Counted from the stretch's first letter, positions 8,936 to 19,448 are shown. The stretch: DNA of 64,000 nucleotides from a bacterium (GCA_030647255.1 JAUSJK010000048.1:32540-96539); one strand, 5' to 3'. A program made the numbers and translations. The notes: generated by a model not told the origin, from the sequence alone.

Positions 8936-9814
8936 TCATGCGTTTTCCCAAATAGAGAAAATACTGTTGGGAAGAGAGAGGCTAGTGGAGGAGGGGGTCA
9001 CAAGTTCTCCGTTTACAATAGTTCCTTTATATCTCTTCATTGTTTGAGTTAAAAGATTACCTAAGGTGATAGAAGAGTACGACACAGCGTACGCGTTTAG
9101 AATAATAAAAAGAGGAGCGTTTGACAAAAGTTGGGGAAGAAGTTTCATAAGATGCGACAGGTCTTCTTCTATTTTCCAGACTTCATTTTTATTTCCCCGT
9201 CCGAACTTGGGCGGGTCCATGATGATCGCGTCATATTTGTTGTCCCTCTTGATTTCGCGTTTGACAAACGTAATAGCGTCTTCTGGTATCCAGCGTATGG
9301 GTTTCTGATCTAAACCAGAGGCGATGGCGTTTTCCCTGGCCCACGTGAGTATTTCTTTGGCAGAATCAAGATGAGTTACTTTGGCTCCGGCAGAGGCCGC
9401 GGCAAGCGTACTTCCTCCTGTATACGCAAATAGATTGAGTAGGTTTATTTCGCGTTTTTGTGTAGTAATTTTTTTGATAATCCAGTCCCACAAGGCAGAC
9501 TGTTCAGGAAAGATTCCCAGATGTTTGAATCCCGTTGGTTTGAGAATAAACGAAAGGTTTTGCCATTTCACAGTCCAAGAGTCAGGTATCTTTTGTCTAA
9601 ATATCCACTTTCCGCCGCCTGTGTCGCTTCTTTCATAGACAGCCTGAGCTTTATTCCAAAAGTCTTGAGAAAGTGTTTTATCCCAGATAGCTTTTGGATC
9701 GGGACGTATAAGAGTATATGTTCCAAAACGTTCCAGTTTTTCTCCATCGCCTGAGTCTAGAAGTTCATACTCTTTCCAAGCAGTGGATTCGAATATGTGT
9801 GTCTGAGGTTTCAT
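8936..9814 (-). CDS. class I SAM-dependent RNA methyltransferase (RlmI/RlmK-like, COG1092 type)
   Basis: LLNLFAYTGGSTLAAASAGAKVTHLDSAK (SAM motif I) and IIMDPPKFGRG (motif IV). Confidence 0.7.
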   Translation of the reverse strand: MKPQTHIFESTAWKEYELLDSGDGEKLERFGTYTLIRPDPKAIWDKTLSQDFWNKAQAVYERSDTGGGKWIFRQKIPDSWTVKWQNLSFILKPTGFKHLGIFPEQSALWDWIIKKITTQKREINLLNLFAYTGGSTLAAASAGAKVTHLDSAKEILTWARENAIASGLDQKPIRWIPEDAITFVKREIKRDNKYDAIIMDPPKFGRGNKNEVWKIEEDLSHLMKLLPQLLSNAPLFIILNAYAVSYSSITLGNLLTQTMKRYKGTIVNGELVTPSSTSLSLPNSIFSIWENA

Positions 9815-9857
9815 AAAGCTTGAGAGTTAGTTTATCATATCGGCACGAAGGGATAAA

Positions 9858-10346
9858 GTGATGGTACAATGGATGAATATGATAACGTGTCGGTTTGAAG
9901 ATGGAGACAAAGCTTCTCTTCGGCATGTCGTCGTAGACAATCTGGTTATAGACAACAATAAGATCCTTCTTGTTAAAAGAGCGTCACATATGACGAATCC
10001 AAATAAATATGGTTTAGTTGGAGGGTATGTCAATAGAGACGAAACACTGAAGGAAGCGGTCATTAGGGAAATAAAAGAAGAAACGGGGTATCTTGTCAAA
10101 ATAGAGTTATTTTTTCGAATCAAAGATAGTCCGCATAGAGCCCAAGAGGATAGGCAGAATATTAGTTTCGTCTTCACAACTTCCGTAGTAAAAAAAGTGG
10201 GTGTTCCCGATACAGAATCGAGCGAAGTTACATGGTTTGAACTGGATAAGCTACCTAAGCCTGAGGAATTTGCCTTCGATCATTATGAAGATGTAGAACT
10301 TTATAAGAAATATCTCCAAAAACCTTTTCCTCTTCCAGTATGGTAA
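9858..10346 (+). CDS. NUDIX hydrolase
   Basis: Nudix box GGYVNRDETLKEAVIREIKEETG. Confidence 0.8.
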   Translation: MMVQWMNMITCRFEDGDKASLRHVVVDNLVIDNNKILLVKRASHMTNPNKYGLVGGYVNRDETLKEAVIREIKEETGYLVKIELFFRIKDSPHRAQEDRQNISFVFTTSVVKKVGVPDTESSEVTWFELDKLPKPEEFAFDHYEDVELYKKYLQKPFPLPVW

Positions 10347-10350
10347 TGTG

Positions 10351-10449
10351 CGTCATTCTGGTGAGGAATAGTTCGACAGGCTCACTATGACGACGCCAGA
10401 ATCGTAGTTAATGTAGTTGACAACGATCCTGGACAAGCCAGGATGACGG
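10351..10449. repeat. GTCATYCTGG double-hairpin repeat, copy 2 of 6
   Basis: cgtcattctgg...ccagaatcgtagttaatgtagttgacaacgatcctggacaagccaggatgacgg. The right unit is a 7-bp stem ATCCTGG/CCAGGAT with loop ACAAG. Confidence 0.85.
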
Positions 10450-10469
10450 TAAACTGTTAGAATAAATGA

Positions 10470-10874
10470 ATGAAAAAAATTATGGGAATTATTACCATCG
10501 GCGCAGTAATCGTTGGGATTATGATTTTAAAAAATAAAACGAAAAGTGAGTGGAAAAATTATCAGAAGATTAAATATGCAATTGAAGGAAAGGAATATAA
10601 TCTACTGATTGCTGATACGCAAGAGAAGCAAAAAAAAGGACTAATGTATGTCACATCATTGGAAAACTACGACGGAATGATTTTTACATATTCACAACCT
10701 CAATCACTTTCGTTTTGGAATAAGAATACTTTAGTCGACCTTGATTTGTATTGGATTGTGAATGATAAGGTAGTTGGAAAAGCTGAACTACCGTCTATAC
10801 AAAAAAGTAAAGACACTGTCACGGTGACTTCTCCCAAAGAGGTAGATAAGGTTGTCGAAATTTTCGGTAAGTAG
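10470..10874 (+). CDS. DUF192 (COG1430) family protein with N-terminal anchor
   Basis: LLIADTQEKQKKGLMYV...GMIF...FWNKNTLVDLDLYWI resembles the DUF192 pattern. Confidence 0.55.
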   Translation: MKKIMGIITIGAVIVGIMILKNKTKSEWKNYQKIKYAIEGKEYNLLIADTQEKQKKGLMYVTSLENYDGMIFTYSQPQSLSFWNKNTLVDLDLYWIVNDKVVGKAELPSIQKSKDTVTVTSPKEVDKVVEIFGK

Positions 10875-10881
10875 CTACCGC

Positions 10882-12075
10882 CTACTTACGTAGGGCTTCA
10901 ATCCCCGGGAGAGTTCCTTTTTCGATATATTCGAGCATGGCTCCTCCTCCTGTTGAAATATGGGTGATTTTATCCAGGTATTCCTTTTTTGAGATGGCGG
11001 CCAGTGTATCTCCACCGCCTACAATAGAAACGGCACCATCGTTATGTGTGATCGAATAGTAGATAAAATCAGTTCCATTTCGATAGCATGCATTTTCAAA
11101 ATAGCCCACTGGTCCATTCCAGATGATTGTTTTGGCTTTGGCAATAATGGCTCCAAATTTGGCCTGAGTTTCCGGTCCGATATCCAGAATCTGATCATCT
11201 CTTTGGACATTTTCGATTTTTTTGGTGATGCCGCAGACGATCTTATCGTCCGGTTTTCCTACGACTACGTCTGAAGGGAGAACGATGGAGGTGTTTTTTT
11301 GAGTCGCCATAAAAAGCAGGCGTCGGGCATTTTCTTTTTCATCGTATTCATAGATACTTTTTCCTATCTCATATCCCTCTGCGGCCAGAAATGTATTGGC
11401 CAAACCTCCGCCGATAATCAGATAGTCGGCAATCTCCAGAAGTTTATTAATAAGATTTATTTTTGTTGAAATTTTGGCGCCGCCCAAAATGGTTACCACC
11501 GGTTTTTGAGGATTTTTTATAGCATTCCCAATCATCTCAATTTCTTTTTTTAAAAGAAGTCCTCCGTATGAAGGTAGAAGTTCTGCGACCGCTACAACAG
11601 ATGAGTGAGCTCGATGACAGACCGCAAAGGCATCATTGACGTACACGTCAGCCAGTGAAGCAAGTTTTTTGGCTAATTCAAGATCGTTTCTCTTTTCTTC
11701 GGGATAATAACGGATATTTTCAAGCAAAATAATCTCATTTGTTTTTTGATTTTTTAACATTTCTTGACCCTCTGGTGATTGAAAGTCATCGATAAAAATA
11801 ATTGGATTGTCGGGTAGATATGTTTGTAGTCTCTCAGCTACAATTTTTAGTGAAAGTTTAGGATCACGGCCTGTAGGACGTCCTCTTTTAGCAACACAGA
11901 TAAGCCTATTGTGTTTACTTAATAAATATTTCATTGTCGGAAGATTTTGAGTGATGCGATAATCGTCGGCAATAGAACTATCAAGTTTTTGTGATACGTC
12001 AAAATCTACACGAAGAAGAATTCGTTTATCTTCTATTGATTCCTGATCGATAAATTTTATATCAGATGTGGGCAT
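10882..12075 (-). CDS. pgk: phosphoglycerate kinase
   Basis: 397 aa with RVDFDV, ILLENIRYYPEE, GGAKISTKI and STGGGAMLEY motifs. Confidence 0.95.
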   Translation of the reverse strand: MPTSDIKFIDQESIEDKRILLRVDFDVSQKLDSSIADDYRITQNLPTMKYLLSKHNRLICVAKRGRPTGRDPKLSLKIVAERLQTYLPDNPIIFIDDFQSPEGQEMLKNQKTNEIILLENIRYYPEEKRNDLELAKKLASLADVYVNDAFAVCHRAHSSVVAVAELLPSYGGLLLKKEIEMIGNAIKNPQKPVVTILGGAKISTKINLINKLLEIADYLIIGGGLANTFLAAEGYEIGKSIYEYDEKENARRLLFMATQKNTSIVLPSDVVVGKPDDKIVCGITKKIENVQRDDQILDIGPETQAKFGAIIAKAKTIIWNGPVGYFENACYRNGTDFIYYSITHNDGAVSIVGGGDTLAAISKKEYLDKITHISTGGGAMLEYIEKGTLPGIEALRK

Positions 12076-12080
12076 TTTCG

Positions 12081-12110
12081 TGCAACATGGAACGTGTAAC
12101 GTGTAACATT
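12081..12110 (-). repeat. GTTACA tandem motif copy b (AATGTTACACGTTACACGTTCCATGTTGCA on the minus strand)
   Basis: Fills the gap-pgk intergenic space and ends 5 nt before the pgk ATG. The first 16 nt are identical to 60392-60407. Confidence 0.5.
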
Positions 12111-12111
12111 T

Positions 12112-13125
12112 CTAAACAAAAGAGGAAATTTTTTCTACAAGGTCAACAAGACGAGTGGAGTAGCCCCATTCGTTGTCATACCAGCCCATGATTTTGACCA
12201 TTGTACCATTGATGACTTTCGTATAGTTGGCATCAAAAATACATGAGTGGGGATTGCCGATGTAGTCGGAAGAGACGAGCGTCTCCGTTTCATACTGAAG
12301 GATATTTTTCATCGGTCCCTCTGACGCTTCTTTGAATTTTTGGTTTATTTCTTCAGCGGTTGTTTGTTTTTCAACTGTCACAACTACATCAGAGAGAGAA
12401 CCTACAGGAACAGGGATACGGACTGATCCGACCTCGATTTTTCCTTTCAGATCGGGAATAGTTTTGACGACGGCCTTGGCGGCGCCTGATGTGGAGGGAA
12501 TAATATTGGATATGGCAGAGCGGGAGCGGTCAAACGATTTACCCGTATCATCAAGCATGCTTTGTGTCAGCGTGATAGCATGGAGAGTGGTCAAAAATCC
12601 GGAAACGACTTTAAAATTATCATGAAGAACTTTAAACATGGGTGAGGCACAGTTGGTCGTACAAGAGGCATTTGAAATAATTGTCTCATTATTCCAGTCT
12701 ATTGCGTTGTCGTTTACTCCCAATACAATGTGCGGTATCTCTTCGTCTTTTGAAGGTGCGGTTAAGATGACTTTTTTGACGGATCCTTTGATATGTTTTT
12801 GAAGTTCGACTTTCGTACTGAATGCTCCTGTAGCATCAATAATGACATCGACTCCGTATTGATCCCATGGTATTGTTTCGGGGGTATCGGCAAGAGTACT
12901 TGTGATTTTTTTTCCGTCAACTTCGATTCCTCCCTCGATCTCTCTGACCGTCTTTCCAAATTTTCTATACACAGAGTCATATTGAAGAAGGTATCTCATC
13001 ATCGAATTGGAGGTTTTTCTGGTATTAATGATAACAATATCAAATGTATCTCTTGAAAGAGCAATACGACTGAATGCCCGGCCAATTCTTCCAAATCCGT
13101 TTAATCCCACTTTGACTCTTTTCAT
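12112..13125 (-). CDS. gap: glyceraldehyde-3-phosphate dehydrogenase
   Basis: NGFGRIGR, SNASCTTNC (catalytic Cys) and WYDNEWGYS. Confidence 0.95.
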   Translation of the reverse strand: MKRVKVGLNGFGRIGRAFSRIALSRDTFDIVIINTRKTSNSMMRYLLQYDSVYRKFGKTVREIEGGIEVDGKKITSTLADTPETIPWDQYGVDVIIDATGAFSTKVELQKHIKGSVKKVILTAPSKDEEIPHIVLGVNDNAIDWNNETIISNASCTTNCASPMFKVLHDNFKVVSGFLTTLHAITLTQSMLDDTGKSFDRSRSAISNIIPSTSGAAKAVVKTIPDLKGKIEVGSVRIPVPVGSLSDVVVTVEKQTTAEEINQKFKEASEGPMKNILQYETETLVSSDYIGNPHSCIFDANYTKVINGTMVKIMGWYDNEWGYSTRLVDLVEKISSFV

Positions 13126-13182
13126 GTAAAGATAGTAATTAGTAATTACAGGTTCAATAATACCCTAGTCTAAGGTATTTTT

Positions 13183-14133
13183 TCAACTTTTGATACTAGA
13201 GAGGTATTTATCGATTTCCTGAGAACTACCCAATACTATCGGGGTGCGTTGATGAACAGAAGTGGGCGTTATTTCCAACGGGTCCGCAGTTCCCGAGATA
13301 GACTTTCCGCCTGCTTGGTTTACAATAAACGACATCGGATTTACTTCAAACATCAATCTCAGTTTACCTTGAGCATTTTTAAAATCGGCAGGGTGTAAAA
13401 AAATACCACCTTTTAATAACGTCCGGTGAATATCGGCCACCATAGACCCGACATATCTCAATTTATATTTTTTTTCCTTCTTGAGAGAGGAAATGTAGTT
13501 TTTGACTTTTATATCAAACATCTCAAAGTAACCTTCATTGATAGAATACGTCGAGCCTTTTTCAGGAATGCGGATATTCGGATGGGACAAGAGAAAACTG
13601 CCGATTGATGGATCAAGAGTAAAGCCGTTGACACCCGAACCGGAAGTATAGACGAACATGATGCTTGATCCGTAGACAACATATCCTGCAGCTACTTGTT
13701 GAGAGCCCTTTTGTAAATAATTCCCAGAATTTTTGTAAATGGAAAAAATTGTTCCGATACTTACATTGGTGTCGATATTGGATGAACCGTCGAGAGGATC
13801 AAAAAAAATAGCATAGTGTCCTTTATTTTTGAGTCGGATCGGTTTTTCGAGTTCTTCGGATGCGATTGTCGAAACTAAATTACTACTCGATAGTATATTG
13901 ACCAGAAGATCATTTGAAAACACGTCCAGTTTTTGTACTTCTTCCTCATAGACATTTGTTCCGCCTGTTTGACCCAATATATCGACGAGCCCTGCCTTTT
14001 TAATATGGCTGCCGATGATTTTAGTCGCATTTTCAATGAGTGTCATGAGAAGTGTAAAGTTGCCTGTTGCCTGAGGGAATTTTGATTCTTCTTCCAAAAT
14101 AAACTCTGTCAATGTCGTGACATTTTTAAACAT
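13183..14133 (-). CDS. fbp: fructose-1,6-bisphosphatase, class 1
   Basis: FDPLDGSSNID, YVGSMVADIHRTLLKGGIF and 316 aa. Confidence 0.9.
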   Translation of the reverse strand: MFKNVTTLTEFILEEESKFPQATGNFTLLMTLIENATKIIGSHIKKAGLVDILGQTGGTNVYEEEVQKLDVFSNDLLVNILSSSNLVSTIASEELEKPIRLKNKGHYAIFFDPLDGSSNIDTNVSIGTIFSIYKNSGNYLQKGSQQVAAGYVVYGSSIMFVYTSGSGVNGFTLDPSIGSFLLSHPNIRIPEKGSTYSINEGYFEMFDIKVKNYISSLKKEKKYKLRYVGSMVADIHRTLLKGGIFLHPADFKNAQGKLRLMFEVNPMSFIVNQAGGKSISGTADPLEITPTSVHQRTPIVLGSSQEIDKYLSSIKS

Positions 14134-14147
14134 AGTGTTTCGTCATA

Positions 14148-15152
14148 TTATAATTCTCCCATGCTCGCCTGATAGACTTTTTGGGCCCGACTGATAAATA
14201 CTTTTTGAGCGGCGGCAACATTCTCCGCTTTTCCGCCCCAGGCTTCAATTGCTTCGCCTTGAAGAGCTCTTCCGTAAGAAGCGGTAATTCGCCATGGATA
14301 TTTTTCCTCGCTTTTAAGTTTCATTTTATTCATTTCATTCAAATGAGCGGTTGCCAGATCGGGGCTTTGACCGCCGGATAAAAATGCAATACCCGGTACA
14401 TTATCAGGTACGATGTGTTTGAGTGTCTCTAGGGTTATTTGGGCGACTTGCTCTACGCTCGCTTGCTGGGCATTTTTCTTGCCCGCCGTAATCATATTTG
14501 GTTTGAGAATAATACCTTGGGTATGAACGCCATATTTTTTTAACTGTAGGAAAACATTTTTTAATACTTCTTGAGTAACACCCTCATCTCTATCTAAAGT
14601 ATGGTCGCCGTCCATGAGGACTTCAGGCTCTACGATCGGTACGATCTCTGCGTCTTGACAAAGCAAAGCGTACAACGCAAGATCATGAGCGTTTCGTTGA
14701 ACAGAAATATCCGACGGAGATGTGAGGTCTATCGTATAGACCGCTCTCCATTTGGCAAACCTGGCTCCCAATTCCCGGTATTCAATCAGCCGTTTAGCAA
14801 GACCGTCAAAACCCTGAGTGTACGTATCTTGGCCACTTTGAGGAATGGGAGTAGTTCCTTTATCCACTTTTATTCCGGGTACGATACCCATTTTCTCGAG
14901 CAATTGTGGAAAAGGAACGCCGTTATCTGTTGTTTGGCGGATGGTTTCGTCGTATAAGATGACACCACTGACATAATCTCCGATTCCTTCGGCGGTAAAA
15001 AGAAGTTGTCTATAGAGTCTGTTAATTTCTGGAGTGGACTGAACTCCTATGGTAGCCATTCGTTTGGTGATAGTAGAGGTGCTTTCATCGGCCGCAAGAA
15101 TTGTTCGTGAGACGACTTCTTTAGCAGTTTGTGCCAATTTTTGTGTGTCCAT
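14148..15152 (-). CDS. fba: fructose-bisphosphate aldolase, class I (Schiff-base type)
   Basis: ILAADESTSTITKR, ILKPNM (Schiff-base Lys region) and FLSGGQS. Confidence 0.85.
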   Translation of the reverse strand: MDTQKLAQTAKEVVSRTILAADESTSTITKRMATIGVQSTPEINRLYRQLLFTAEGIGDYVSGVILYDETIRQTTDNGVPFPQLLEKMGIVPGIKVDKGTTPIPQSGQDTYTQGFDGLAKRLIEYRELGARFAKWRAVYTIDLTSPSDISVQRNAHDLALYALLCQDAEIVPIVEPEVLMDGDHTLDRDEGVTQEVLKNVFLQLKKYGVHTQGIILKPNMITAGKKNAQQASVEQVAQITLETLKHIVPDNVPGIAFLSGGQSPDLATAHLNEMNKMKLKSEEKYPWRITASYGRALQGEAIEAWGGKAENVAAAQKVFISRAQKVYQASMGEL

Positions 15153-15276
15153 AGATACTAATAATTAATAATTTCATACACTATCATACACTCAGTATAT
15201 TTTATTTGTCAACAGAATCTATTCTTCTCTATTATATAATGAAAATAGAACTTGAAAGTAAATAAATAAAGACTAT

Positions 15277-15687
15277 ATGGACTGTGTTTTCTGCAAAATT
15301 ATCAAAGGCGAGCTACCGTCGTACAAAATCTACGAGGATGAGAATTTTTTGGGATTTTTAGATATCCGTCCATTAAACCCGGGTAATTCAATTCTTATTC
15401 CAAAGAAACACTATCGCTGGGTATACGATGTGCCAAATTTTGGAGAGTACTGGGAAGCCGCTAAGAAAATTGTCATCGCGACGGAAAAAACGATCAAACC
15501 AAATTCAATTAACTTTTTGACCCTAGGTTATGAAGTGCCACATGCTCATATTCGTATTATTCCTCGATTTGATAACGATAATCATACCGACGGAATTCGT
15601 TTAAGTGCGATAAAAAATATATCGAAGGAAAGAATGGAAGAAATAGCCAATAAAATTAGAGAGGCAATAAAATCAGTTAAAAGTTAG
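15277..15687 (+). CDS. HIT (histidine triad) family protein
   Basis: CVFCKIIKGELPS and the triad-like VPHAHIRIIPR. Confidence 0.8.
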   Translation: MDCVFCKIIKGELPSYKIYEDENFLGFLDIRPLNPGNSILIPKKHYRWVYDVPNFGEYWEAAKKIVIATEKTIKPNSINFLTLGYEVPHAHIRIIPRFDNDNHTDGIRLSAIKNISKERMEEIANKIREAIKSVKS

Positions 15688-17408
15688 AAACAATACCATT
15701 TATCTTTCTTCAGTTGTTCTGCCCGTAGAAGAAGTAGAGGATTTTGCAGTTGTTGATTATAAAGTGTTTTTTGTATCGTACAGGACTGTAGGTTGAGTTC
15801 GGCGGCTTTATCAAACGCTTTTTGAAACGATTCATTCTGCTCAAATAAAGAGAATATGCGGGCCAATCGTAAGAGATATAAATAATCACTCTGTGTGTCT
15901 ATCAGATTATTGAAATATCCTGCTGACAAACGAATGTCTTCTACTTTTTTATCCTTCGTAAAAATCACCATGGCCCGATCAAGATATACCATCCGCCAAC
16001 TTGTATCTTTATACATATGTATGAGGAATGTTTCCGCCCAAGGGGTTTGATCCGTATGGGCAAACACAACTGTTCGTATCTGATATTTTTCAAATATGTG
16101 TTTTTGAAGTTCGGGATCCTGCTGAAGTTTTATATAGATATCTTGAATAAAATCTTTCGGGTAGGCTTCGGGACGGTTATCAATAAATACTTTATATTGA
16201 GGATATAAACGGTAAATAAGATATCCGCCGATGTCAAAATTATTGAATATATTTCCATCAATTTTATTTTCCAGCATAAAATCACTGGCTTTTTTACCGT
16301 CTTCCAGGAGGTGATATCCAAACCGTGATTGAATATCAAAAGTGCGGGAGTATACATTTCCAGCGAAGAAATATATTCCTAAAGGAAGAATGCAGAGTAA
16401 GATTGTATATCCGACGGTGCGAATAATATTGATGTCTTTTTTTATCCGCTTAAAAAGGAAAGATAAAAAATCAGCATACGCGATGCTTAATACGGGAATA
16501 GTCGTCAGTACGAAAAAAGGCATGTGTCGTATCTGCTTAAATGCCAGAAAATAAAAAAGAAGGAGGATTAATGCTTCAATATATTTTTTCTTTATTGCAA
16601 GAATGAGCGCACCAAAAAGTATGAGAGGAGAGAGAAGAAAAAAGTATGTAATGAGAGGATTAAAGGTGACTGCGTGTAAAAATAAAAGGTCCTGATTTTC
16701 AACGATAGGATAGCCATAATTTTGGAAGATGGATAAAGGATAGAGAAGTCCTTGGATTCCATGGGGGTTTATCAATAAGGCGATAAAAGACGTTATGAGT
16801 ATTGCGATTATTTTTTTATCTTTAAACAATTCTTTCTTATGAATAATGAGCATTTTGAATATAAGAAAAAAAGCAAGCATCACCCCGAAGACGAATGAGA
16901 TGTGAAAATTAATCCATAAAAATAGAGATATAGGAAGAAAAATAAGCAATTTTTTAGATGACGGATAGTGGAGGAGAATCATCAACATAAGTGAAAATAG
17001 CACATATCCGAATAATTCAGGCCGTATATCCGATCGTTCAAGAAGGAGGGGGACAAAGATGGTAGTAAAGAAAACAGCGACAAAAAAGCCACCTTTTTTT
17101 ATTGAGGTGTAAGTGCCTATTCCTACGGCCGCCATAACTAATAGTACTTTAAGGAACATCAGCAGAGGGAATCCCAAAAGAGCATTCATCACATAAAAAA
17201 TGACTTCGGAAAGCCAGTGATGGTTGAAGAAAGGGTAGTCTTGATTGGTAAAAGAAAATAAATTAGTCGAAGGGACAGATCTGGTACTGAGAATAATCTC
17301 TGCGAGTTTGATATGTCTCCCTAGATCCTGATTAAAATCTCGACTCCAGGTGAATGTGACGGAGAATATAAACAGAAATAATAATCCAAGAATTATTTTT
17401 TTGAACAT
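15684..17408 (-). CDS. large polytopic membrane protein, possibly a GT-C-like glycosyltransferase
   Basis: 574 aa with more than 10 hydrophobic helices and a soluble C-terminal region. No diagnostic motif was recognised. Confidence 0.35.
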   Translation of the reverse strand: MFKKIILGLLFLFIFSVTFTWSRDFNQDLGRHIKLAEIILSTRSVPSTNLFSFTNQDYPFFNHHWLSEVIFYVMNALLGFPLLMFLKVLLVMAAVGIGTYTSIKKGGFFVAVFFTTIFVPLLLERSDIRPELFGYVLFSLMLMILLHYPSSKKLLIFLPISLFLWINFHISFVFGVMLAFFLIFKMLIIHKKELFKDKKIIAILITSFIALLINPHGIQGLLYPLSIFQNYGYPIVENQDLLFLHAVTFNPLITYFFLLSPLILFGALILAIKKKYIEALILLLFYFLAFKQIRHMPFFVLTTIPVLSIAYADFLSFLFKRIKKDINIIRTVGYTILLCILPLGIYFFAGNVYSRTFDIQSRFGYHLLEDGKKASDFMLENKIDGNIFNNFDIGGYLIYRLYPQYKVFIDNRPEAYPKDFIQDIYIKLQQDPELQKHIFEKYQIRTVVFAHTDQTPWAETFLIHMYKDTSWRMVYLDRAMVIFTKDKKVEDIRLSAGYFNNLIDTQSDYLYLLRLARIFSLFEQNESFQKAFDKAAELNLQSCTIQKTLYNQQLQNPLLLLRAEQLKKDKWYCF

Positions 17409-17420
17409 AGTCTAATGATA

Positions 17421-17657
17421 TCAAGGAACAGGCTCATAGCCGCCTTTACTCCACGGATGACAGCGGAGGATTCTTTTTAACCCGAGCCAGAGTCCTTTCG
17501 CACTTCCATATTTTTCGACTGCCTGGTAGGTATATTCAGAACAGGTGGGGGAGAAGCGGCAGACTTGATCGGACATGAATAGAGTACGAAAGATAAAGAG
17601 GTGGAAGAAGGAGGTATGCTGATAAGCTCGAATAATTTTTAAGATTATTAATTTCAT
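17421..17657 (-). CDS. yidD: membrane protein insertion efficiency factor YidD
   Basis: [19 protein letters not shown]...[17 protein letters not shown]. Confidence 0.9.
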   Translation of the reverse strand: MKLIILKIIRAYQHTSFFHLFIFRTLFMSDQVCRFSPTCSEYTYQAVEKYGSAKGLWLGLKRILRCHPWSKGGYEPVP

Positions 17658-17670
17658 AAGATTATTTTTT

Positions 17671-17801
17671 CGTCATTCTGGGGAGGAGCAGTTCGGCAAG
17701 CTCACTGTGAATTACGACGACTCCAGAATCGTAGTTAATTATAATATTTACAACGATCCTGGACAAGACCCAAAGGGTCCCCTTCAGGGCCAGGATGACG
17801 G
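17671..17801. repeat. GTCATYCTGG double-hairpin repeat, copy 3 of 6 (enlarged right loop)
   Basis: cgtcattctggggaggagcagttcggcaagctcact...ccagaatcgtagttaatt...acgatcctggacaagacccaaagggtccccttcagggccaggatgacgg. Lies in the divergent yidD/trmD intergenic region. Confidence 0.85.
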
Positions 17802-17835
17802 AATGTATTTTCTGCGATTATAGTAGAATTAGTAT

Positions 17836-18600
17836 ATGAAGATCACCATCATTACTCTTTTTCCCAACATGGTCAGCGGGTTTTTTAACGAAAGCATTGT
17901 CAAAAAAGCCCGGGAAAAAGGACTGGTTGAAATTGAACTCGTGAATTTACGGGATTTTGCTATCGACTCATATGGGAGTGTGGACGACAGACCGTATGGT
18001 GGAGGAGCAGGGATGGTGATGCGGGCGGATGTTGTCTATGCGGCGTTAGAACGTTGTAACATCAAAACTTCAAAAGGTTCGAAATATAGGACTCTTCTTA
18101 CTTCACCTCGAGGTATACAGTTTAGCCAAAAAAAAGCGGAAGAATATTCGACATTGGAACATATTGTTATTATCGCCGGGCATTACGAAGGAATAGATGA
18201 AAGGGTCAGTGAGTTCGTCGATGAGGAGGTTTCTTTGGGAGACTTTGTCATGACAGGCGGAGAGATGACGGCCGCCGCAATTACAGACTCTGTCGTTCGG
18301 CTTTTACCCGGGGTTCTCAAGAAAGATACGGCAACTGCTGAAGAAAGTTTTTCTTATGCTTCGATTATTCGAATAATCGAAGCAGTCGGTGAAAATGAGA
18401 CACTTACGGCTTTGAAGAAAAAAGGAGTAGACCGTGTCAGACTGCTTGAATACCCCCACTACACGAGACCGGAAGACTTTATGAATAAAAAAGTTCCCGA
18501 TGTTCTTCTTTCAGGAAACCATAAAGAAATAGAAAAATGGAGAATTCAAAAGGCATTTGAAGAAACTCTCAAAAGAAGGCCTGACCTTTTGCAATTATAA
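17836..18600 (+). CDS. trmD: tRNA (guanine37-N1)-methyltransferase
   Basis: ITLFPNM, DDRPYGGGAGMVM and GHYEGIDERV. Confidence 0.9.
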   Translation: MKITIITLFPNMVSGFFNESIVKKAREKGLVEIELVNLRDFAIDSYGSVDDRPYGGGAGMVMRADVVYAALERCNIKTSKGSKYRTLLTSPRGIQFSQKKAEEYSTLEHIVIIAGHYEGIDERVSEFVDEEVSLGDFVMTGGEMTAAAITDSVVRLLPGVLKKDTATAEESFSYASIIRIIEAVGENETLTALKKKGVDRVRLLEYPHYTRPEDFMNKKVPDVLLSGNHKEIEKWRIQKAFEETLKRRPDLLQL

Positions 18601-18655
18601 GTAATAATTTAAATATTCTTGCTTCTTGGCAACTTTTTTGATATACATATACCCT

Positions 18656-19336
18656 ATGATTTCGCTTAGCCACACGACAAAAAAATTTAAAGATACGATC
18701 GCTCTTCAGAATATAACGTTTACGGCGAAAGAAGGGGAGATTATCGGATTTTTGGGACCGAATGGCGCTGGTAAAACTACGACGATGAGATTGATACTCG
18801 GATATCTGACGCCCACATCAGGTAAAGTAACTGTGGATGGTGTCGATCCGCTTAAAGATAGAATTAAAATACTGCGTCAGATAGGCTATCTGCCTGAAAA
18901 TAATCCACTGTATTCAGAGATGAGAGTGAGAGAGTATCTTTTGTTTATCGCCGAGGTAAAAGGAGCCTCAGACATCATGTCGTATGCAGAAGATGTAGGA
19001 TTGACGGATGTGATTGAGAAAAAGATTGAAGAGCTTTCACGGGGTTATAAACAGCGGGTGGGGCTGGCGGCAGCGCTTGTAGCAGATCCTCCTATATTGA
19101 TACTTGATGAACCTACCTCCGGTCTTGATCCTCTCGAACAGGAAAAAATACGGGTACTTATTAAAAAAATAGCCAAAAAAAAGACGATTATTTTTTCTAC
19201 TCACATTTTGTCCGAAGTGGAAGATGTAGCCAACCGCCTGATCATCATCAATAAAGGAAGTATTGTGTATGACGGCAGTAAACCGAAAGGAAAGGGAGGA
19301 GTAGAAAAATTGTTTAAAAGACTAGTTAAGAGTTAG
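18656..19336 (+). CDS. ABC transporter ATP-binding protein (GldA-like)
   Basis: Walker A GPNGAGKTT, signature LSRGYKQR and Walker B ILILDEPTSGLD. ATG at 18656. Confidence 0.85.
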   Translation: MISLSHTTKKFKDTIALQNITFTAKEGEIIGFLGPNGAGKTTTMRLILGYLTPTSGKVTVDGVDPLKDRIKILRQIGYLPENNPLYSEMRVREYLLFIAEVKGASDIMSYAEDVGLTDVIEKKIEELSRGYKQRVGLAAALVADPPILILDEPTSGLDPLEQEKIRVLIKKIAKKKTIIFSTHILSEVEDVANRLIIINKGSIVYDGSKPKGKGGVEKLFKRLVKS

Positions 19337-19352
19337 GAATCATTACATTATT

Positions 19353-19448
19353 CGTCATCCTGGTAAGTCCTTCGACTTTGCTCAGGACGCATCCAGGATC
19401 GTTGTGAATACTATAATTAACGAGGATTCTGGACAAGCCAGAATGACG
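19353..19448. repeat. GTCATYCTGG double-hairpin repeat, copy 4 of 6
   Basis: cgtcatcctggtaagtccttcgactttgctcaggacgcatccaggatcgttgtgaatactataattaacgaggattctggacaagccagaatgacg. Sits between the ABC ATPase and permease genes. Confidence 0.85.
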
